Source: Ascoidea asiatica JCM 7603 (lineage: Eukaryota; Fungi; Ascomycota). From it: a stretch of 64,000 nucleotides of DNA. The stretch covers positions 1,556,526 through 1,620,525 of the forward strand of contig BCKQ01000003.1 of the NCBI GenBank assembly GCA_001600695.1, written 5' to 3'. Position numbers and translations under genes: made by a program. Shown piece after piece: positions 55,455-64,000 of this stretch (the first letter of the stretch is position 1; each line of letters opens with the position of its first letter). The notes under the pieces are model-generated. The model was not told the DNA's origin. It worked only from the letters and a program-made list of their open reading frames with translations, and made no database searches.

Positions 55455-55769
55455 ATGTTAGCAGTTCCAACTAAAAAACATATAAAATCTCAATCAACTT
55501 TTCAATTTGAAAATACTGCAACTACAATTGCAACTTCTCAAATGAGAAATGCTTTAAATAAATTATCTGATACAATTCCATCAAATGATTTAAAAAATTT
55601 AGAATTAAAAAAAAATTTTGAAATTCAAATGGATAATTTTTTTAATTTATATAGAAAATATTTAATTGATAAAACTTCAAATAATATTATAGATTGGGAT
55701 AAAATTCAATCTCCAAATATTAATCAAGTTTTAAATTATAATGATTTAATTTCAAATATTAATAATAAC

Positions 55770-55803
<34 letters not shown>

Positions 55804-57023
55804 TAAATGATAAAGATAATTTAAATAAATTAGCTGTATTAAAATTAAATGGTGGTTTAGGTACTTCTATGGGTTGTATTGGTCCAAAATCTGTTATTGA
55901 AGTTAGAGATGGTAATACTTTTTTAGATTTATCTGTAAGACAAATTGAATATCTTAATAGAAAATTTGATTCTGATGTACCTTTAATTTTAATGAATTCA
56001 TTTAATACTGATATTGATACAAAACATTTAATTAAAAAATTTCAAGCTCATAGAATTAAAATTAAAACTTTTAATCAATCTAGATTTCCAAGAATTTTAA
56101 AAGATTCTTTATTACCTGTACCTTTAAATTATAATGATGATTTAAAATCTTGGTATCCACCTGGTCATGGTGATTTATTTGAAAGTTTAAATAATTCTGG
56201 TTTATTAGATGAATTAATTAATCAAGGTAAAGAAATTTTATTTATTTCAAATGGTGATAATTTAGGTGCAACTGTAGATTTAAAAATTTTAAATAATATT
56301 ATTCAAAATAATAATGAATTTATTATGGAATTAACAAATAAAACTAGAGCTGATGTTAAAGGTGGTACTTTAATTAATTATGAAGGTCAAATTAGATTAT
56401 TAGAAATTGCTCAAGTTCAAAAAGATCATATTGAAGAATTTAAATCAATTAAAAAATTTAAAAATTTTAATACAAATAATTTATGGATTAATTTAAAATC
56501 TATAAAAAGATTAGTTGAATCAAATAAATTAAATCTTGAAATTATACCAAATTTTAAAACAATTAATGATAAAAATAATAATGAAATTAATGTTTTACAA
56601 TTAGAAACTGCAATTGGTGCTTCAATTAAACATTTTAATAATTCAATTGGTATTGTTGTACCAAGATCAAGATTTTTACCTGTAAAAACAACTTCTGATT
56701 TAATGTTAGTTAAATCTGATTTATTTTTCTTACAACATGGTTCTTTAAAAATTGATCCAAGTAGATTTGATGGTACTCCATTAATTAAATTAGGTTCTCA
56801 TTTTAAAAAAGTTAAAGATTTTCAATTTAGAATTTCTTCAATACCAAAAATTTTAGAATTAGATCATTTAACAATTACTGGTAATGTAAAAATTGGTAAA
56901 AATGTTATTTTAAAAGGTACTGTCATCATTGTTTGTCAAGATGGTCAATCAATTGATATTCCAAATGGGGCAATTTTAGAAAATGTTGTAATTACTGGTA
57001 ATTTAAAAATCTTAGAACATTAA
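55455..57023 (+). CDS. UGP1: UTP-glucose-1-phosphate uridylyltransferase
   Basis: [34 protein letters not shown] and [10 protein letters not shown]. The N-terminal HIKSQST PAS-kinase-type site is retained. Confidence 0.97.
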
Positions 57024-57319
57024 AATAAAAAATACCATTAATAAATTAATATATATATACAGTATATACTCTTTATAAATTCATTCATTCATTCATTCAT
57101 TATATTTATCTTTTCTTTTTAATTTTTGTTTCCTCCCCTAAAATTTATTATATATCTCATTTCAAAAATCATTCAAAAAATCATTCAACTCTCATTTAAT
57201 TATCATTTTTTAATTCATTTCTCATCATTTTGCTAAAATACTATTTTCATTTATAATCATTCAATTTAATATATATACTGTATATATACCGTATATAGAA
57301 TTATATAATCTATTTAACC

Positions 57320-57327
57320 TATTTACA
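57320..57327 (-). promoter_or_regulatory. Puf3 element (UGUAAAUA) in the COX15 3' UTR
   Basis: Plus-strand TATTTACA about 26 nt past the stop codon. Confidence 0.55.
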
Positions 57328-57352
57328 AAATTATATTACTTTTTTTCAATTA

Positions 57353-58963
57353 TTACTTCTTTTCTGATTTCAAAAGATTCTTAATTACCATTTTTATTGG
57401 AAATCTTGGTTTTCTTAATCTTGCTGCAAATGCTAAACTAACTGTTAATAAAGCAACTGCACCTGCTTGATGTAAAGCTGCTAAAGGTATTGGAACTAAA
57501 TAAATTAATGTTGCAATTCCTAATGAAGCTTGAACTGTAACAACTCCCATCATTGCATGCATCATTGATAATGCTTTTTTTGGTATAATTAATTTATATT
57601 TATTAATATAAATATGAGATCCTAAAACTGATAAAAATGTTGAAATTGCCCAAATTCTATGATGTAATTGAACTGTAACTGGATTATCAAATAAATTTCT
57701 AAAAAATAAATCAGATTTATTATCATTTCTTGAAAATGATAAATCAAATAATTCTCTTGTTGGTGGTAACCAAGTTTCACCCATTTTTGGAAATGTATTA
57801 TAAATTAATCCTGCATCTAAACCTGCAACTAAACCACCAGTCATTGCAGTTATAAATGTTATACAAATTAAACCTATTGAAAGTTTTCTAATTGGATTTA
57901 ATAATGGACTTTCTAATTTTTGAAAAGTTTTAATTGCAATTTTTGGATTTTTTATCCAATTATTTTCTCTTAAAATTTCTAAACCTGTCCAAAACATTCC
58001 AATATATAATAAAAATGCAGCACCTAAATGAGTTGTTAATCTATATTGAGAAACTGTTGGTTTTGATTTTCTATCTTCTAATTGTTTTGGATCTAAACCT
58101 GAATAAACCATCCACCAACCAATGAAACCTTGTAATCCTAATAATGCAGTTAAAGTTATCATTCTTTTATTAATATGACTTGAAGTTTTTTTTCTTGAAA
58201 TAAAATAAATTGAAGGTACAATTAATATTAAACCAATTGCTCTACCCCATAATCTATGAAACCATTCCATAAAGAAAATAAATTTAAATTCATCAATTGT
58301 GATATGAGAATTTAATTGTTTAAACTCAGGTGATTGTTGATATTTTTGAAATTCTAATTCCCATTCAGTTTCATTTAATGGAGGTATTGAACCAGTTACT
58401 GGTTTCCATTCTGTTATTGATAAACCAGATTCTGTTAATCTTGTAAGACCACCTAATACGACAATACCAAATACTAAACCAGAAGTACCAATTAACCACC
58501 AACCAACTGAATTTGAAGAATTCACAGGATATCTTTTATTAGAAGATTTCAAAGAATTAGAACTTGAAGAAGAAGAAGAAGAAGAAGAGTTTTCATTATT
58601 AGGAATATCAGGAATATCAGATAGTGGAATTGTAGATTTATTATTAAGTAATGAAAAGTTTTTCTTTAAAAAATTTATATAATTAAATTTTTTAAAAGTA
58701 TTAAGTTTTGATGAAGAAGATGTAATAACAGAAGATGAAAAAGATGAAAAATTTCTTTTTGATGAAGATGAAAAATTTTTTTGATTTGGAAATTTTGAAG
58801 ATTTATTTTTAAATAAATGGGATCTCAGAGATATGTTTGTGAAGAAATTTATTTCATTTGCAGCTTTAAATAAATTATTTGTTGAAAAACAAGATTTAGT
58901 AATGTTTATTATTGAAGGATTTTTTAAAAAGAAAAATTGAGATCTAGCTAATGAAGAACTCAT
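57353..58963 (-). CDS. COX15: Heme A synthase
   Basis: GGLTRLTESGLSITEWKP, EWFHRLWGR, SQYRLTTHL, AGLDAGLIYNTFP and LHQAG, with a mitochondrial presequence. Confidence 0.96.
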   Translation of the reverse strand: MSSSLARSQFFFLKNPSIINITKSCFSTNNLFKAANEINFFTNISLRSHLFKNKSSKFPNQKNFSSSSKRNFSSFSSSVITSSSSKLNTFKKFNYINFLKKNFSLLNNKSTIPLSDIPDIPNNENSSSSSSSSSSNSLKSSNKRYPVNSSNSVGWWLIGTSGLVFGIVVLGGLTRLTESGLSITEWKPVTGSIPPLNETEWELEFQKYQQSPEFKQLNSHITIDEFKFIFFMEWFHRLWGRAIGLILIVPSIYFISRKKTSSHINKRMITLTALLGLQGFIGWWMVYSGLDPKQLEDRKSKPTVSQYRLTTHLGAAFLLYIGMFWTGLEILRENNWIKNPKIAIKTFQKLESPLLNPIRKLSIGLICITFITAMTGGLVAGLDAGLIYNTFPKMGETWLPPTRELFDLSFSRNDNKSDLFFRNLFDNPVTVQLHHRIWAISTFLSVLGSHIYINKYKLIIPKKALSMMHAMMGVVTVQASLGIATLIYLVPIPLAALHQAGAVALLTVSLAFAARLRKPRFPIKMVIKNLLKSEKK

Positions 58964-59479
58964 TTTCTTTGATGAGAGATTTTAAAGAAGTTTAAAAAAA
59001 ACCCTTTTTTTGTAAGTCTAGGAAAACTACAAAACAAAAAAAATCAAAGACAAGAACAATGAAGATAATAATAAAGAATTAAAGAAAAAAATAAATATTG
59101 ATGAAATAAAGATGAAATGGTATTTTATATATAAATTAAATTCCCTTTAAACTGATTAAATAATTAAGTGTCTTAATAAATGTGAAATATTCAAGGCAAG
59201 TTAAGCTTATATTCTCTAAAAGAATCAGGCTATCTCTGCTGACGTAAGCAGGACTATAAGCATTTTAAAAGGCTCAATTTATCTACAAAACTTATACAAG
59301 AGTAATAGAATAGTGAAACAAAGAAATAATGAAATATTTAATTTAATTTAATCTGATTTGATTTCTAGATGATATATAGACATATATTGAGCTTTGAATA
59401 TGAAAATATATGAAAATATATGAAAAAAGAGATAATTTAATATATTATGTAATTTTAGTAAGATTTATTAATCATTTAC

Positions 59480-59860
59480 TTATTTTGATATGACAATGTT
59501 ATCTAATTCATTTCTTTCAGCAGCTTCAGCTTCAGCTTCTAAAATATAAGGTAAAAGATAATTAGTATCATCTTCAGGTTTAACTTGTTCATTTAAAGGT
59601 AATAAATGATGAGATAAACCACATTGATGAGCAGTTAAAATACGGAAATTTCTAGCATAACTTTCTTGAGCAGGTAATCTTTTGATTGCAGTTTGCATAA
59701 TATCAGTTTCTTCTGAGATTAAATCATTGAATTTCAAACCCATTTGTCTGTAACCACCATAATGACAGAAGAGTTGAGCAGCTGGAACAAAGACTTTGGA
59801 TAAAGTTGGAGACTTTAATATCATGTCACCGAGCTTGACTACAGAAGTAAGAGAGGCCAT
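59480..59860 (-). CDS. QCR7: Cytochrome bc1 complex subunit 7
   Basis: [30 protein letters not shown] and [10 protein letters not shown]. Codon usage is more biased than neighbours. CCAAT boxes (ATTGG) at 59932 and 60133. Confidence 0.96.
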   Translation of the reverse strand: MASLTSVVKLGDMILKSPTLSKVFVPAAQLFCHYGGYRQMGLKFNDLISEETDIMQTAIKRLPAQESYARNFRILTAHQCGLSHHLLPLNEQVKPEDDTNYLLPYILEAEAEAAERNELDNIVISK

Positions 59861-60359
59861 TTTGTATTATTGTGTAGTGATTGGGATTGTAATTATACTG
59901 TGTCTTTATTTCGATCTGATATAGATATATAATTGGTATAATGAATATAATCTTATCTATTCTTCCTTGTACAATAATTATATCTCTGTTGTTTTACCAC
60001 TGTTACTCTTTCAAGCTCTCTTTCACTCTCCCAGTCCACAAACACAAATTTAACGCCAAAGCAAACCGAAAAAAGCGCGCTGCTGACATAAGCATCCGCT
60101 GTTTTGTGTGCGTTTGCAATTCTCGGAATCTCATTGGCTGATGAGTGCATGTGCCTCTTTGTCGCCATTTGTGTGTAACCATATAGACTGGTTTTTGAAT
60201 CTTTTTAGCTCTTTCCCTTTTGGGAATGGAATTTGAATTGAAATAATAATGGTATAAATGATTAAATATTCACAAAATTTAGACATATATAATGTAATAT
60301 AAATAACTAGCAATCTAGAATACTAAATAATTGTATAAGTCTATAAAACAGATTTCCTT

Positions 60360-61267
60360 TTAAATGATTTCACCAATGATTTTACTTGCTTCTTTATAAG
60401 TATCCAAAAGTTTAACACATTTTTCCCTTTCTTGAGCTAAATTTTCATCTTCATATAATAATTCATCAAAGAAATTTTCATTATATAATTTACTTACCAA
60501 TCTATTTTGAACTGTATCTTTACAAAAATTAACTAATAAACACATTATTGCTTTTGGTACTTGATCTTCAATCATTTCTCTAACAATATTAAAATATGAA
60601 ATAATTAATCTTCTAATTAATTCACATTCCATTTGTTCTCTTTCTGATAAATCTTCTTCTGTTTGTTGATCTATTGATCCACTTAATTTTAATTCTTCTA
60701 AAGCTTGTGGTAACAGATCTGCATTATTTGATAAAATTGAATTTTGTTTAGAATTAAATTGATTTAATCTATTATATTGTGTTCTATTATGACTATAATC
60801 TCCATTAAATTTATTATTATTGTTATTACTATTGCTACTATTATTCATTTTATAACTACCTCTTATACGATCTCTAATAAAAGTTTCTGAATTATCTTTT
60901 TTAGGATCTTTTCCAAAAAAATAATTTAAAAATGAGTCTCTTGATTCATTATTAGAATTACTATTATTATTTCCATTTTCATTATTATTAAAATTACTAT
61001 TTCCATTAATTGAACTACTATCACTGAAATTTCTTTCCATTTGATTAGAATTATTAATTCTACTATTAATCATATTACTTTCTTTCAAACTTAATTTATT
61101 ATTATTATTACTACCACTACTACTGTTATTACTATTATTATTCACATTTCCATTTAACAGACTTGATGGACTTATTGGATTATTATTAATATTGTTATTA
61201 CCCTTAGGACTGTTAGATTTATTATTATTACCAATATTATTTTTAATGTTATTACTATTAATATTAC

Positions 61268-61298
<31 letters not shown>

Positions 61299-63122
61299 AT
61301 TATTTTCATTACCTAAAATTTCATCATTTTCTGATAATGAATGATTATTTAAATTTCTTAGTTTAAAATTTTCTGATTTTATTTTATTTTTTTCTTCTTT
61401 TCTTCTTTCTCTTTCTTCAACAACTTCAGACATTGCATCTGCAGCTCCAATAAAATTTGGATGATTTGTATTTATATATGCTCTATGAATTTCAATTAAA
61501 CTATCAACATATGATGATGTTGGTCCTAATCTTTCTCTTAATAAATCTGATACAACTTCAATTAATCTTGTTTGTAATTTTGGATATCTTGATAAATCTG
61601 GTAAACTTGATCCACAATTATGAACAATTTTCATTAATTCTTCATAAACTAATTCAACACATTTATTTGATGGTGGTTCTAATAATTTAATTTGTGGTTT
61701 AACTAATAAATCAAATGCTAATTCTGGTACAAATAATGATGGTCTTGGCCCTGTTGAATTTCTAATTGCAATTCTAATATCAATTGTCGATAAATTTGCT
61801 GTTGGATTAATACTTTTTAAAACTTTACCAAATACATCATTATAAATATAATAAATTCTAGCACCTCCACATAATTCTTTTGTTGAAATATCAAAAGAAT
61901 TATCTCCATTAATAGAAGAAATAAAACTTGTTGCAAATTTTGTCATTAATGATAAAATTAAATTTCCCCTATTTTCTTTTGAATAAAGATTTGAATCTCC
62001 ATAACTTAATAATTCTTGCTCTGTTTGTCCCATTAAAGTATTTAATTTTGCTTTAATATCTGGTAATCTATCTCTAATATGATTCATTAAAATATAATTT
62101 AAAGTTTTTGATAAAAATCTTGTACCACATTTTGTATGAATGTTTTTATAAACAGGATGTGAAGCAAAAAATTCATCTTCATCTCTTAAAGCATTTTCTA
62201 AAGATTTACTTGTCATAATATCTTGTTGAGATCTATTAACAACACCAATAAAACCTAATTTTAATGGATAAATTCTACCAGATAAAATATCTAAAGCATT
62301 TGTACCATGATCCATTAAATCTAATTTTGATAAAACTCCAATAGTTCTTTTACCTTGTGGATCAACTTGTCTTGCTAATTTTAAAGCTTCAGAATTAACT
62401 AAATCTACATTTGCAGGACTTACAGCTAAAATTAATGAATTTGGTGGAGAAATATATTCTAATAATAAAGTTCTAATTTGTTTTTCAATATCAGTTGGTT
62501 GATCACCAATTGGAACTTTTGTTATACCAGGTAAATCAACTAAAGTTAAATTTAAAACTTTTGGTGAATAAATTTTTAAATTAATTGGAATTCTATTAAT
62601 ACCTTTATTTTTACCAGCAATTCTTGCAGTTTCATTTTCAATTTCATTTTTAATATCTTGAAAATTATAAAATCTTTTTCCAGGTATATGTAAAAATTCA
62701 CCCCATTCATTTGGTATTCTATTTTTATTATTATTAATAATATTACTACTACTATTACTATTGATATTTTGAGAATTATTTCTTAAATGATCTTCTAAAG
62801 TCATTTCATATTGACTTTCACTATTATTAGATAAAGCAGCTAAAGAATTTTGAGAAATATCACCAACATTTTTGAAAATCAAAGGAGAATCTTCTGAAAT
62901 ATTAACTAGTTGTAAAATTAAAGGCCTTCTTGTAACTATTCCTGTACCTCTTGGTAAAAAATCTTTACCTACAACTTTTTCTAATACTGAAGATTTTCCA
63001 GAAGATTGAGAACCAATTACAGAAATCTGAGGTAAATCTAAAGAATCAATTCCAATTGTATTATAAACTAAATCTTGTAATTTATTAATTACATTTAATA
63101 TTTGAGAATCGAACCCAGACAT
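60360..63122 (-). CDS. DNM1: Dynamin-related GTPase for mitochondrial and peroxisomal fission
   Basis: GSQSSGKSS, LPRGTGIVTRRPL, DLPG, SKLDLMD, TKELCGGARIYY, SFLNYFFGKD, Asn-rich insert B and a GED (DQVPKAIMCLLVN). Confidence 0.95.
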
Positions 63123-64000
63123 TTTGAAAGAAAAGTGTGAATATGAATATAAATATAGGATAAGAATATAAGATAGTATAGGATAATAGATTATTATAGA
63201 TTATTTTTTAAAGGAATATTTAAATAAATAGACAAATATCGAAATCAGAAAACAAAAATTTATTTATAAAAATCAAAATAAAAGAGGATGAATAAATTAA
63301 AATTGATTTAAAGTTATAATGAAATATTTGAATAAAAGATAATTAATTATGAAATATTTTGATCTATTTCCATAAATTATGTTATAATTTTAATAATTAA
63401 TAATTATGTTTGATTTATGTATTATTATAACGTTGAATAAGAATTGTTTATAAAAATTGAACAAATCAAGTTTGAAAATTTATGAAGTATATCCAAATTA
63501 CTTAATCAGAAATTATGTTGCGATTATTGAATATTTTATTTTTTAACAATTCAATTCAATTTTATGACTTTATTTTTTCTTGTTTATTTTATTTTATTGT
63601 CAGATCCAGAAACTCAGAATTTTGTTACAAAATATTTTATTATGGACAGTCTCCCCCTTTAGCGAATATGGATAATGAGATTTTCAATTTCAAATTCGAT
63701 TTCAATCTAAGATGTTGAAAAAGATTATTTGAAATGACAAAGAGATTGCAATTGGGAATGAGAATTGAAAATAATCTTTGATTTTGTTATAAATTTAAGA
63801 ATTTAAAATAAAAATTGTCTTGTTTATTGGTTTTATTTATTTTTATTTACCTTTAATCACGTAGATTTATTTCGCTTTTTTATTTGTTTGACTTATTCAA
63901 ATTCGCTATTTTCAATTGAATTTAGTAAGAAATCTACAGATAAAAAGCAAAAACAACGGAAGCCACGGATTTCAGTCGGATTTCAACAGGATCCGAGCAG

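Noticed and set aside
6052-61690. Many 60-120 aa antisense or alternate-frame ORFs nested in real genes
   Set aside because: They are shadow ORFs of biased, low-complexity coding sequence, and many start at TTG/GTG.
63106-63116. B-box-like GGTTCGATTC at the start of DNM1
   Set aside because: It lies within codons for G-F-D-S and has no tRNA fold.
53709-63122. Apparent organelle gene cluster (PEX11, COX15, QCR7, DNM1)
   Set aside because: These are housekeeping genes with no shared promoter motif, so chance adjacency is sufficient.

Overview
Very AT-rich, gene-dense, almost intron-free budding-yeast (Saccharomycotina) chromosomal DNA encoding Asn-rich proteins. The composition resembles Ascoidea, but this is unverified. 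I count 22 protein-coding genes: a truncated ENTH-domain gene missed by the ORF track, CWC23, PXA1, a YOR238W-like gene, two convergent PWWP genes (one spliced), MCM3, NSA1, SFB3, RRP5, SET6, a maltose-permease-like gene, an ASP3-type asparaginase, a TMEM170/MAY24-like gene, a CIA84-like PPR gene, a type II FMO, a pepsin-fold pseudo-protease, TPN1, MRN1, PEX11, UGP1, COX15, QCR7 and DNM1. I found no complete tRNA, rRNA, transposon or CRISPR array. The best lead is the tail-to-tail PWWP pair: one protein has six SUMO-acceptor consensus motifs and a TFIIS-N-like tail, and the other has an array of SUMO-interacting-motif-like segments. Other leads are a GPI-type aspartic protease with degenerate catalytic motifs, an ASP3-type asparaginase without a signal peptide, an Rrp5 apparently lacking two S1 repeats, and a recurrent TATACWGTATA palindrome just downstream of stop codons. 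All homology calls come from recalled sequences, not from database searches.
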